Below, one piece after another: positions 9,266 to 17,808 of a DNA stretch of 27,116 bases. Below the pieces are notes generated by a model. The model was given only the letters and a program-made list of their open reading frames with translations, had not been told where the DNA came from and made no database searches. The stretch is taken from assembly GCA_002419125.1 (NCBI GenBank), contig DIFL01000038.1, positions 982 through 28,097 on the forward strand, written 5' to 3'. The position numbers and the translations under genes are program-made. How positions within the stretch are numbered: the stretch's first letter is position 1; each line of letters opens with the position of its first letter. Source of the DNA: Candidatus Dojkabacteria bacterium UBA5749. Its GTDB lineage: Bacteria; Patescibacteriota; Dojkabacteria; SC72.

Positions 9266-9912
9266 TGGGAAGAAAGGTAAATGCAAATGCAATTAGAATG
9301 GGTATAAACAAGACATGGAACTCTGTCTGGTATTCTTCTAAGGCAGACTATCCTGCTATTTTAGCTCAGGATTTAAAAATTAAGAAGGTTGTTTCTGAAA
9401 GAATGAAGGATGCAGGTATTGATTCTATAACGATAAACAGAACTGCAAGTAAGATTGAAATTGAGGTGTTTGTTGCAAGGCCAGGTGTCGCTATTGGAAG
9501 GGGTGGAGAGGGTATTGATGTATTACAGAAAGATCTGAAGAGGTCTACTAGAACTGATGTTGAGATTAAGATAAGAGAGGTTAAAAAGGCAGATATTTCT
9601 GCAAGGATAATTGCAAGAAATATTGCAGATGGTATTGCTAGAAGACAACCTAGTAAATTACTAGTTGCAAGTGCAAAAGAGAAAGCAATGATGGCTGGAG
9701 CAAAGGGTATTAGAATTTGGGTCTCTGGAAGAATTAATAATGCAAGTCAAGCAAGAACAATAAAAGCTAATGCCGGATCAGTTCCCGCGCAGACTCTTAG
9801 GGCAGATATTGACTATGCACAGGAAGTTGCACAAACTATGGATGCTGGATTAATGGGAGTGAAGGTATGGGTATACAAAGGAGAAAAAAATAATATAGAT
9901 GAGCAAGAATAG
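9265..9912 (+). CDS. rpsC: 30S ribosomal protein S3
   Basis: MGRKVN..AIRMG, ARPGVAIGRGGEGI, TLRADIDY, GVKVWVYKGE. Confidence 0.97.
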   Translation: MGRKVNANAIRMGINKTWNSVWYSSKADYPAILAQDLKIKKVVSERMKDAGIDSITINRTASKIEIEVFVARPGVAIGRGGEGIDVLQKDLKRSTRTDVEIKIREVKKADISARIIARNIADGIARRQPSKLLVASAKEKAMMAGAKGIRIWVSGRINNASQARTIKANAGSVPAQTLRADIDYAQEVAQTMDAGLMGVKVWVYKGEKNNIDEQE

Positions 9913-9914
9913 AT

Positions 9915-10328
9915 ATGTTACAACCTAAGATTAGAAAACATAGAAAAGAGTTTAGAGGAAAGATGGGAGGTATTGCTTCTACAAACAACACCATTGCTTT
10001 TGGTGAATATGGTCTTAAGTCAATGGAAAATGGTTGGATTAAAGCAAGAGAGATTGAAGCTGGTAGAAGGGCAATTACAAACAGTATGAAAAGAAAGGGT
10101 AAGGTTTGGGTTAAGATATTTCCACATAAGCCATATACACATAAGGGAACCAATAGTAAGATGATTGCTGGGAAAGGTGATGTAGAGGGATATGTTGCAG
10201 TTGTAAGACCAGGAAATATGCTTTTTGAACTTAGTGGTGTAACAGAGGATATCGCAAGGGAAGCTATGAGATTAGGTGCTCAAAAGTTATCAGTGCAAAC
10301 TAAATTTGTATCGAAAAAGATTGTATAG
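9915..10328 (+). CDS. rplP: 50S ribosomal protein L16
   Basis: MLQPK..KHRK.FRG, FGEYGL, IEAGRRAI, WVKIFPHKP, AREAMRLGAQKL. Confidence 0.98.
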   Translation: MLQPKIRKHRKEFRGKMGGIASTNNTIAFGEYGLKSMENGWIKAREIEAGRRAITNSMKRKGKVWVKIFPHKPYTHKGTNSKMIAGKGDVEGYVAVVRPGNMLFELSGVTEDIAREAMRLGAQKLSVQTKFVSKKIV

Positions 10329-10381
10329 GCTTGAGAGATTTACATAATATTGGTAGAATACAAGCCGTTTTAGATAATTAA
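10304..10381 (+). pseudogene. Possible degenerate L29 (rpmC) remnant
   Basis: At the syntenic rpmC position a 25-codon open frame with no ATG ends in LRDLHNIGRIQAVLDN, resembling the L29 C-terminal helix (...RRDIARIKTVL). The similarity is weak. Confidence 0.25.
10331..10359 (+). promoter_or_regulatory. Internal sigma70 promoter upstream of rpsQ and the spc genes
   Basis: TTGAGA(10331-10336), 17-nt spacer, TAGAAT(10354-10359), with TG at 10351-10352. Confidence 0.65.
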
Positions 10382-10392
10382 TAAAGATAAAA

Positions 10393-10635
10393 ATGGAGAA
10401 TACCGGAAAGAAAAGAGAATTAGAGGGAGTTGTAGTAAGTAACAGTATGCAAGATACCGTTAGAGTTAGGGTAGATACTGTTCGTGCTCATCCTAGATAT
10501 AGGAAAGTAGTTAACAAAAAGAAGATATTTTTTGCACATACCAAAGATGAATATAATGTTGGAGATAAGGTTGTAATTAGAGAATCTAAGCCTTACTCTA
10601 AAAATGTTAGATGGATAGTAATTAATAAGAAATAA
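10393..10635 (+). CDS. rpsQ: 30S ribosomal protein S17
   Basis: LEGVVVSNSMQDTV, HPRYRK, GDKVVIRESKPYSK..RW. Confidence 0.97.
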   Translation: MENTGKKRELEGVVVSNSMQDTVRVRVDTVRAHPRYRKVVNKKKIFFAHTKDEYNVGDKVVIRESKPYSKNVRWIVINKK

Positions 10636-10640
10636 AGAAT

Positions 10641-11009
10641 ATGCTACAGACAGGATCAAACTTAATAATTGCAGATAATAGTGGAGCAAAGGAAGCAAAG
10701 ATAATTGGTATTCCTGGCTATTCTAAGATTAAATTTGCAGGTTTAGGAAATGTAGTTAAGGTAGCTGTACAAAAAGCTTTAGCCAATAGTGGAGTTAAAA
10801 GGCATGAGGTTCTAACTGCAGTTATTGTTAGAGTTCATAAAGAACAGAGAAGAAAAGATGGATCGTACGTAAGGTTTGATGATAATGCAGCAGTAATAAT
10901 TGATAGTAAGAAAAATCCAATAGGAACTAGAATCTTTGGACCAGTAGCAAGGGAGTTAAAGGAGCAAGGGTTTGATAAGATAGTTTCTCTTGCACCAGAG
11001 GTATTGTAA
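10641..11009 (+). CDS. rplN: 50S ribosomal protein L14
   Basis: ADNSGAK, RKDGSYVRFDDNAAVII, GTRIFGPVAREL, IVSLAPEVL. Confidence 0.99.
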   Translation: MLQTGSNLIIADNSGAKEAKIIGIPGYSKIKFAGLGNVVKVAVQKALANSGVKRHEVLTAVIVRVHKEQRRKDGSYVRFDDNAAVIIDSKKNPIGTRIFGPVARELKEQGFDKIVSLAPEVL

Positions 11010-11025
11010 TTTTTTGAATATAACT

Positions 11026-11433
11026 ATGAAGATTAAAAAAGGAGACACAGTAAAAATACTATACGGAAAAGACAATGGAAAGCAGGGAGTAGTCTTAGCT
11101 ATATCTAATGGTATGGCAATTGTTGAGGGCTTAAATATGTTTACTAAACATGTTAAGGGGGACGGTAAAGAAAAGAAGTCTGAGATTTTAAAAATTGCTA
11201 AACCAATGAATATATCTAAGTTAATGTTAATTTGTAATAGTTGTGGGAAACCAACAAGAGTGGGCTTAAAGAGAGAAGCAGGTAAGGTAGAGAGAATATG
11301 TAAGAAGTGTGGTAAAACTATTGAGGTAATTGTTAAGGAGGAGGTTAAAAAAGAAGAGAAGAAAGTAGAAAAAAAGGAAGTTAAGAAGAGTACAGTAAAG
11401 AAAGAAACTAAATCTAAAACTAAGAAAGAATAA
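11026..11433 (+). CDS. rplX: 50S ribosomal protein L24 with a Lys/Glu-rich C-terminal tail
   Basis: ATG 11026 gives MKIKKGDTVKILYGKDNGKQG (KOW motif); CNSCGKPTRVG...CKKCG. Confidence 0.97.
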   Translation: MKIKKGDTVKILYGKDNGKQGVVLAISNGMAIVEGLNMFTKHVKGDGKEKKSEILKIAKPMNISKLMLICNSCGKPTRVGLKREAGKVERICKKCGKTIEVIVKEEVKKEEKKVEKKEVKKSTVKKETKSKTKKE

Positions 11434-11987
11434 TGGCAAGACTAAGAGAGGAATATGACAAAACATTAAAGAAAGAGATAGCAAAAGAGTTGGGATATTC
11501 CAATATTATGGAAGTACCTACTCTAAAAAAGATAGTTATTAATGTTGGAGCAGGTGCCTCTATCAGTGAGCCAGAGGCTTTGGAAGAAATTGTTGGCTTA
11601 GTTACTTTGATATCTGGTCAGAAACCAGTTATTAACAAAGCAAGAAAAGCAGTATCTGCTTTTAAAGTAAGAGAGGGGATGGAGATTGGTGTTTCTGTAA
11701 TATTAAGGGGTAATAGGATGTGGGAGTTCTTTGATAAATTGGTAAATGTTGTATTCCCAAGAATTAAAGATTTCAGAGGTTTAGAGGTTTCTGCATTTGA
11801 TGGTTCTGGTAACTATTCAGTAGGGATTGAAGATCATACAGTATTTCCTGAAATAGATGCTAATAATATTAGAAAGATTAGAAGTTTAGAGGTTACAATT
11901 GTTACTACAGCAAAAGATGATAAAAGTGCGAAGGTTTTTTTAGATAAATTTGGTTTTCCTTTTAAGAAAGATGTCAACAGAGGCTAA
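11433..11987 (+). CDS. rplE: 50S ribosomal protein L5
   Basis: [15 protein letters not shown]...[32 protein letters not shown]. Confidence 0.99.
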   Translation: MARLREEYDKTLKKEIAKELGYSNIMEVPTLKKIVINVGAGASISEPEALEEIVGLVTLISGQKPVINKARKAVSAFKVREGMEIGVSVILRGNRMWEFFDKLVNVVFPRIKDFRGLEVSAFDGSGNYSVGIEDHTVFPEIDANNIRKIRSLEVTIVTTAKDDKSAKVFLDKFGFPFKKDVNRG

Positions 11988-12165
11988 GGAGTACAAAGCA
12001 AGAGAGTTAAAGAAAAAGAGTAAGTATAAATCTAGGGTATACAATAGATGTAGTCTTTGTGGCAGATCTAGAGGTTACCTTAGACACTACGGAATTTGTA
12101 GAATATGTTTTAGAAAGTTAGCTAGTCAGGGAGAGATTCCTGGAGTAAAGAAATCTATTTGGTAA
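11971..12165 (+). CDS. rpsN: 30S ribosomal protein S14, short Zn-binding type
   Basis: ATG 11971, overlapping rplE by 17 nt; [11 protein letters not shown]...[18 protein letters not shown]. Confidence 0.97.
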   Translation: MSTEAKEYKARELKKKSKYKSRVYNRCSLCGRSRGYLRHYGICRICFRKLASQGEIPGVKKSIW

Positions 12166-12181
12166 TTTAATAATTAATAAG

Positions 12182-12559
12182 ATGAATGATTTAACAGCAG
12201 ATCTTTTGGCAAGATTACAAAATGGAATAGAGAGAAAGAAAGAAACTGTATTAGTTCCTAATACTAAGATGAATACTGAGGTATTAAAAGTTTTAGAAAT
12301 GGAAAAAATGATAGTTGGATTTAAGGTTGTAGATAAGGGGATAGATGTTGAATTAATGTATGATGGTAAAGAACCAGTAATAACAGTTTTAAGAATGATA
12401 AGTAAGCCAGGGCAGAGAATATATATTGCTAGTAAGGATCTTACTCCTGTTATGAATGGAAGAGGTATAGCAATAGTTTCTACTTCAAAGGGTTTGATGT
12501 CTGGAGCTATGGCAAAGAGTAAGAAGTTGGGTGGTGAATTAATATGTAAAGTTTGGTAA
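12182..12559 (+). CDS. rpsH: 30S ribosomal protein S8
   Basis: DLTADLLARLQNG, ISKPGQRIY, GIAIVSTSKGLM, GGELICKVW. Confidence 0.98.
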   Translation: MNDLTADLLARLQNGIERKKETVLVPNTKMNTEVLKVLEMEKMIVGFKVVDKGIDVELMYDGKEPVITVLRMISKPGQRIYIASKDLTPVMNGRGIAIVSTSKGLMSGAMAKSKKLGGELICKVW

Positions 12560-12563
12560 TCAA

Positions 12564-13106
12564 ATGTCTAGAATAGGATTAGAACCAATTACAATAGAAG
12601 AAGGAATAGAGGTTAAAGTAGACAAGGGTCTTGTTACTGTTTCTGGTAATGGAAAAGAAATAGTTGTTCCTTTTCCTGAGGTATTAGAAGTGAAGATAGA
12701 GGACAGTGTCATAAATATAACTCGAAAGAATGAAGAGAAACAGAGTAAGTCTATACATGGAACCATTAGAATGTTAATAAATAACGCAATATATGGTATA
12801 AAGCATGGATTTGAAAAGAAATTAGAATTGGTAGGCGTTGGATATAGAGCAAGAATGGAAGGTACTACATTAGTAATGAGTTTAGGATGGAATCATCCAA
12901 TAAAGGTTGAGACTCCTCAGGGTATTACTATTGAAGTACCAGAAGAAACAAAGGTTGTAGTTAAGGGGTATGATAAACAGAAGGTTGGTGAAATTACAGC
13001 TAAGATTAGATCTATTAGACCTCCCGAGCCATATAAGGGTAAAGGAATTAGATATGAGGGAGAGTATGTAAGAAGAAAGAGTTCTAAATCAGGTGTAACT
13101 GCGTAA
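12564..13106 (+). CDS. rplF: 50S ribosomal protein L6
   Basis: MSRIG..PI, LELVGVGYRA, RPPEPYKGKGIRY. Confidence 0.99.
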   Translation: MSRIGLEPITIEEGIEVKVDKGLVTVSGNGKEIVVPFPEVLEVKIEDSVINITRKNEEKQSKSIHGTIRMLINNAIYGIKHGFEKKLELVGVGYRARMEGTTLVMSLGWNHPIKVETPQGITIEVPEETKVVVKGYDKQKVGEITAKIRSIRPPEPYKGKGIRYEGEYVRRKSSKSGVTA

Positions 13107-13110
13107 AAAT

Positions 13111-13434
13111 ATGAATAAAAAAGATAACAGACAAAAAAGAAAATTACATATCAGAAAAACATTAAGTGGTACTTCTGTTAAACCAAGGATATTTGTGTTT
13201 AAGAGTAATAGATATTTCTACGCAGGTTTGGCTGATGATGATAAGCAGATAGTAATTATGAGTAAGATGTGTAAGAAGAAATCAGAAGAGATTAAGAAGA
13301 TGGGTAAAACATTTGCAGGGGATTTTAAAAAGAAGAAATTAGAGGTTGCTGTATTTGATAGAAGTGGATATAGATATCACGGATTAATTGCAACATTTGC
13401 AGATGAATTAAGAAATAATGGAGTTAAGATTTAA
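13111..13434 (+). CDS. rplR: 50S ribosomal protein L18 (short, divergent)
   Basis: KPRIFVFKSNR, VFDRSGYRYHG..FAD.LR..G; located between rplF and rpsE. Confidence 0.95.
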   Translation: MNKKDNRQKRKLHIRKTLSGTSVKPRIFVFKSNRYFYAGLADDDKQIVIMSKMCKKKSEEIKKMGKTFAGDFKKKKLEVAVFDRSGYRYHGLIATFADELRNNGVKI

Positions 13435-13444
13435 TAATTAATAA

Positions 13445-14092
13445 ATGTCAGAATATTTTAGAGAAAAAAAAGAAAGAACATACGATAAGAGGACAGTCTC
13501 TATTAGAAGAGTTGCTAAAGTAACCAAGGGGGGTAAGAGGTTAAGATTTAGTGCTATGGTTGTTGTTGGTGATCATAACGGTTCTGTAGGTGTAGGATTA
13601 GGAAGGGGAGTTGATACAAAGAGTGCAGTTGAGAAGGGAGAAAGGATTGCTACTAAAAAATTAACTAGAATTCAATTAGCGGGAGACACTATTCCTCATG
13701 AGGTCGTATTTAAAGAGGGTGCCGCTAGAGTAATACTTAGACCTGCTAGACCAGGTACTGGTGTAATTGCTGGTTCTTCTGTGAGAACTGTATTAGAGAT
13801 GGCAGGAATAGATAATGTATATGGGAAATTAATGGGTACAAGCAACTCTATTGCTACTGCATATGCTACTTTTGAGGCTTTAAAGAGTTTAAGAAATACA
13901 AGAGTATTGACAAAAATGCAAAATATGAGAGATAGGGTAGAATTAAAGAAAGAAACAGATAAAGAGCAAAAGATTAAAGATGAGAAGAGAAGAGCAAAAA
14001 AGAGAGCAGAGGAAAGAGAAGAGAAGAAAGATTTTAGAGGTAAGAGGAATTTTAGGAGTAAAGATAATAGAAGTAAAGTAAATAAGAAATAA
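13445..14092 (+). CDS. rpsE: 30S ribosomal protein S5 with a charged C-terminal extension
   Basis: RVAKVTKGGKRLRFSAMVVVGD, PARPGTGVIAG, VLEMAGI. Confidence 0.98.
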   Translation: MSEYFREKKERTYDKRTVSIRRVAKVTKGGKRLRFSAMVVVGDHNGSVGVGLGRGVDTKSAVEKGERIATKKLTRIQLAGDTIPHEVVFKEGAARVILRPARPGTGVIAGSSVRTVLEMAGIDNVYGKLMGTSNSIATAYATFEALKSLRNTRVLTKMQNMRDRVELKKETDKEQKIKDEKRRAKKRAEEREEKKDFRGKRNFRSKDNRSKVNKK

Positions 14093-14093
14093 T

Positions 14094-14537
14094 ATGTATC
14101 TAGAAAATATACCAAAAAGAACAAATAGGACTATGGGTGGTAAGAGAATTGGAAGAGGATATGGCTCTGGTGTTGGTGGTCATACATCAACAAGAGGAAG
14201 TAAGGGTCAGAAGTCAAGAGCAGGTCATAAATCCTTGGTATCTTTTGAGGGTGGTAATGTACCATTTTTCAGAAGGATGCCAAAGTTTAATGGGTTTAAT
14301 AGACCAAAGAAAATTAATGCAACTGCAATTAACCTAGATATATTGGAGTTAAACTTTAAAGATGGGGATACTGTATCTATGGATTCTTTAAAGAAAAAGG
14401 CATTAATTGCTCAAAGGGCTACCTCTGTTAAGATACTTAGTGATGGTCAATTAACTAAAAAGATAGAAATTGAAAATCTTCCTGTATCTAAAAGAGCTAT
14501 GGAGAAAATTCTAAGTGCTGGTGGTTCAATAAAGTAA
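14094..14537 (+). CDS. rplO: 50S ribosomal protein L15
   Basis: RIGRGYGSG.G..S.RG.KGQKSR, FEGGNVPFFRRMPK.GF, KI...GG. Confidence 0.98.
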   Translation: MYLENIPKRTNRTMGGKRIGRGYGSGVGGHTSTRGSKGQKSRAGHKSLVSFEGGNVPFFRRMPKFNGFNRPKKINATAINLDILELNFKDGDTVSMDSLKKKALIAQRATSVKILSDGQLTKKIEIENLPVSKRAMEKILSAGGSIK

Positions 14538-14548
14538 CCTCTACAAAA

Positions 14549-15814
14549 ATGAACAAATATTTTGAGACTTTTAAAAGGATTTTTGCTACTAAGGAAATTA
14601 GAAAGAAAATTATTTTCTCGTTTTTTATCTTAGCTAGTTACAGATTCCTCTCTGCTACACCAGTAACTGGTATAACTGCGCAAGCTATAACTAAACTTTT
14701 TGAAGGTAGTAATTTTGGTTCTTTACTCTCAACTGTTTCTGGTGGTGTTTTGGAGACAGCATCTATTGCTGCTATTGGACTTAGTCCATATATTAATGCT
14801 TCAATCATATTACAACTTTTAGGTACTGTTATTCCTAAATTAGAGGAGTTAAGAAAAGAGGGAGAAGAGGGTAGAAAGAAGATTAGTATGTATACTAGAC
14901 TACTAACTGTTCCTTTGGCAATAATGCAATCTTTTGTAATATATTCAACTCTAAGGGGTTTTGGGCTAATTGACCAGTTAGATACTCTTCATCTTATTAC
15001 AATGATTGCGTCTTTAACTGCTGGTTCAATAATTGTTATGTGGTTTGCAGAGTTAGTATCTGAGAATGGTATAGGGGGAGGGTCTTCCTTCCTAATCTTT
15101 TTAGGTATTATTTCAGGTATTCCTGGGACACTAAGTAATAACTTTAGGTTAATGGATCCCTTCCAAAAGGGAGTTTTGATATTGATTACAGTAGGTTTAA
15201 TTATGTCTGTTATATATGTTACTGAGGCAGAAAGAAGGGTAAAGGTTCAATACTCAAGAAGAGTAAGGATGGGTGGTGCAATGGATTCCTTTATTCCAAT
15301 CAAATTAACTCAATTTGGTGTTATGCCTGTAATTTTTGCTGTGTCTTTGCTTTCCTTCCCTCAACTTATTGGTAAGTTTATTCTTAGTAGAGATGTAGGG
15401 GATAAGGTAGTAGATATTACTACTAAGGTAATGACCTTTTTAGATAATCCTCTATACAGTAATTTGCTTTCATTTGTATTAATAATTGCATTTGCTCTTT
15501 TCTATCTTACCGTAGTATTTAAGACAGATGAATTAGCAGAAAATCTTCAGAAACAGGGTGGCTTTATTCCTGGTATTAGACCTGGTAAGAACACCTCTGC
15601 ATACTTAAAGGGAATTGCATTTAAGTTAGCAATCATTGGAGCTTTCTTCCTTGCCTTTATCTCTATACTTCCAGACATACTGATTCAACTTGATTTAATG
15701 ACTGCTACTATTGTAACGGGTACTGGTCTTTTGATTACTGTTAGTGTAGTGCTGGATATTAAAAGAGAGGTCTCTTCTATGATTGTAGTTAGAGATTACA
15801 CTAAGTATCTATAG
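14549..15814 (+). CDS. secY: Preprotein translocase subunit SecY
   Basis: IGLSPYINASII.QLL, IGGGSSFLIF.GI, GVMPVIFA, GGFIPGIRPG..T, GTGLLI.V.V; about 10 TM segments. Confidence 0.99.
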   Translation: MNKYFETFKRIFATKEIRKKIIFSFFILASYRFLSATPVTGITAQAITKLFEGSNFGSLLSTVSGGVLETASIAAIGLSPYINASIILQLLGTVIPKLEELRKEGEEGRKKISMYTRLLTVPLAIMQSFVIYSTLRGFGLIDQLDTLHLITMIASLTAGSIIVMWFAELVSENGIGGGSSFLIFLGIISGIPGTLSNNFRLMDPFQKGVLILITVGLIMSVIYVTEAERRVKVQYSRRVRMGGAMDSFIPIKLTQFGVMPVIFAVSLLSFPQLIGKFILSRDVGDKVVDITTKVMTFLDNPLYSNLLSFVLIIAFALFYLTVVFKTDELAENLQKQGGFIPGIRPGKNTSAYLKGIAFKLAIIGAFFLAFISILPDILIQLDLMTATIVTGTGLLITVSVVLDIKREVSSMIVVRDYTKYL

Positions 15815-15824
15815 CCTCCTTTTG

Positions 15825-15833
15825 TGATATTAT
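15825..15833 (+). promoter_or_regulatory. extended -10 promoter upstream of adk
   Basis: TG-A-TATTAT, 31 nt before ATG 15865. Confidence 0.5.
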
Positions 15834-15864
15834 CTTAATATCTAATATCAAAATATTGGTATAT

Positions 15865-16512
15865 ATGAGAACTATACTTTTTCATGGTCCTTCAGGTAGT
15901 GGTAAAGATACCCAAGTCGAATTACTGGTAGAGAAATATGGTTTTGAGAATATTGGTACAGGCGAGATGTTTAGAGTAATGTACAAAGAGGCTGATATAG
16001 AATCAATTAAGGCATATCAGTATTGGTCTAAGGGTCACTTTGTTCCTAATGAACTTACTTACAGTATGTTTGAAAGATGGATAAGGAAATTTGATATCTC
16101 AAAACCTTGGGCTTTCGTTTCTGTTGTAAGAGATGCTGGTCAGATTCCTCTTTTTGATGAGTTACTAAAAAAGAGTGAGAGGCAGTTAGATGCTTTTGTT
16201 CATTTTACTCTATCAGAGGAAATGGCCATTGAAAGAATGTCACTTAGAAAGATATGTCCTTACTGTGATGCTACATATCATCAGAAGTACAGACCTGAGA
16301 GTGTAAGTGGATATTGCGACAAATGTGGTACTAAGTTAGTTCAAAGGGAGGATGATCAGCCAGAAAAGATCAAATTAAGGCTTAGAGAGTATGAGAATAC
16401 AATTGTTCCAATAGTGGAGGAATACAAGCGAAGAGGGGTGTTAATTGAGATAGATGCTTCTCCTAGTATCGAAGAAATACATAAGCAATTAATTACTAAA
16501 TTAGGGTTGTAA
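15865..16512 (+). CDS. adk: Adenylate kinase family protein with a Zn-LID (divergent)
   Basis: ATG 15865; P-loop GPSGSGKDTQ, LID CPYC-x16-CDKC, QREDD..E....RL..Y; follows secY. Confidence 0.9.
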   Translation: MRTILFHGPSGSGKDTQVELLVEKYGFENIGTGEMFRVMYKEADIESIKAYQYWSKGHFVPNELTYSMFERWIRKFDISKPWAFVSVVRDAGQIPLFDELLKKSERQLDAFVHFTLSEEMAIERMSLRKICPYCDATYHQKYRPESVSGYCDKCGTKLVQREDDQPEKIKLRLREYENTIVPIVEEYKRRGVLIEIDASPSIEEIHKQLITKLGL

Positions 16513-16526
16513 TATCTCCATCTTTT

Positions 16527-16535
16527 TGATATGCT
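16527..16535 (+). promoter_or_regulatory. extended -10 promoter P1 upstream of infA
   Basis: TG-A-TATGCT. Confidence 0.45.
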
Positions 16536-16588
16536 TAATCCGTCTTTATAGAGTTGAAGTGTATTTCAAAGAAAAGTGTTGTAATCCT

Positions 16589-16616
16589 TTGAAAAAAGTC
16601 AAAACTTTGATATAAT
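16589..16616 (+). promoter_or_regulatory. promoter P2 for infA-rpmJ-rpsMKD-rpoA-rplQ
   Basis: TTGAAA(16589-16594), 16-nt spacer, TATAAT(16611-16616), with TG at 16608-16609. Confidence 0.7.
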
Positions 16617-16651
16617 CACATCGACTCTATTTATTTACTAAACCTTTGTTT

Positions 16652-16885
16652 ATGACCTTAGAGACTAAGAAAGTTTTTGAATTTGAAGGGGTAGTCAAAG
16701 AATGCCTACCCAATACTAAGTTTGTTGTAGAGATAGATGTTAATGGAAGTAAGAAAGAGGTTTTGGGATATCTTTCTGGAAAGATGAGAATGCACTACAT
16801 TCGAATTTTAGAGGGAGATAAGGTAAAGATAGAAATGACTCCCTATGATAAAACACAGGGAAGAATAACATATAGGACGAAATAA
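16652..16885 (+). CDS. infA: Translation initiation factor IF-1
   Basis: [43 protein letters not shown]; ATG 16652 preferred over TTG 16646. Confidence 0.98.
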   Translation: MTLETKKVFEFEGVVKECLPNTKFVVEIDVNGSKKEVLGYLSGKMRMHYIRILEGDKVKIEMTPYDKTQGRITYRTK

Positions 16886-16886
16886 A

Positions 16887-17003
16887 ATGAAAGTACAGGC
16901 TTCAGTAAAAAAGAGATGTGCCGATTGCTATACCGTAACTCGAAAGGGAAGGGTATATGTGTACTGTAAAAAGAATCCTAAACATAAACAGAGACAAGGT
17001 TAA
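16887..17003 (+). CDS. rpmJ: 50S ribosomal protein L36 (Zn-ribbon type)
   Basis: My translation (below the ORF-track size cutoff): [38 protein letters not shown]. Confidence 0.98.
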   Translation: MKVQASVKKRCADCYTVTRKGRVYVYCKKNPKHKQRQG

Positions 17004-17022
17004 TTAAATATATTTTATTAAT

Positions 17023-17406
17023 ATGGCAAGAGTAGCAGGATTAGAAATACCAAATGATAAGAGATTATGGGTCTCTTTAATGAGTATATATGGTATTGGG
17101 GAAAAATCTGCAAAACAGATATGTACTGAGACTAAAATTGATATTAATACTTTAGTTAAAGATCTCTCTGAGTCCGAGTTAGATAGTATTAGAGGGTATT
17201 TAGATAAGAACTTTAAGGTTGAGGGTGAGTTAAGACAGAGTATTTTCAGAGATATTAAGAGATTAAAAGATATTAAGAGCTATAGAGGTGTACGACATAA
17301 GATAGGATTACCTGTTAGAGGACAAAGAACTAGACATAATGCTCATACTAGAAAGGGTAGAAGTAGAGCAGTTGGTGGATTAAAACGTAAATTAGAAAAA
17401 ACCTAG
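17023..17406 (+). CDS. rpsM: 30S ribosomal protein S13
   Basis: MARVAG, IYGIG, VEGELR, SYRGVRH..GLPVRGQRT..NA.TRKG. Confidence 0.99.
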   Translation: MARVAGLEIPNDKRLWVSLMSIYGIGEKSAKQICTETKIDINTLVKDLSESELDSIRGYLDKNFKVEGELRQSIFRDIKRLKDIKSYRGVRHKIGLPVRGQRTRHNAHTRKGRSRAVGGLKRKLEKT

Positions 17407-17410
17407 CATA

Positions 17411-17788
17411 ATGGCAACTACTAAGAAAGCTAAAAGGAGTGTTACAAGTGGGATTGTTACAGTACAATCTACTTTTAACAACACGATTATCTCAATTACT
17501 GATGAGAGTGGGGAACTTTTAGTACAGGGTAGTCCTGCCGTTGTTGGATTTAAGGGTGCAAAAAGAAGTACTGCATTTGCTGCTACCAAGGCTGCAAGTG
17601 ATGCTGCAGAAAAGGCAATAAAGAAATATGGTATTAGGGAGGTAAGAGTAATTGTAAGTGGTCCTGGTGCTGGAAGAAATGCTGCTGTTAAGGGTTTAGA
17701 TTCTGCAGGTTTAAAGATTACTACATTAATAGATAGAACCCCTATTCCACATAATGGATGTAGGCCAAGAAAGAGTCCTAGAAAATAA
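17411..17788 (+). CDS. rpsK: 30S ribosomal protein S11
   Basis: STFNNTII.ITD, GFKGAKRST.FAA, GPGAGR, DRTPIPHNGCRP. Confidence 0.99.
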   Translation: MATTKKAKRSVTSGIVTVQSTFNNTIISITDESGELLVQGSPAVVGFKGAKRSTAFAATKAASDAAEKAIKKYGIREVRVIVSGPGAGRNAAVKGLDSAGLKITTLIDRTPIPHNGCRPRKSPRK

Positions 17789-17808
17789 CATAATATTAAT
17801 ATATTTAA

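Noticed and set aside
16548-16630. SRP (4.5S) RNA or tRNA as the identity of the adk-infA stem-loop
   Set aside because: No SRP helix-8 GNRA loop or conserved internal-loop motif, and no cloverleaf or T-loop signature.
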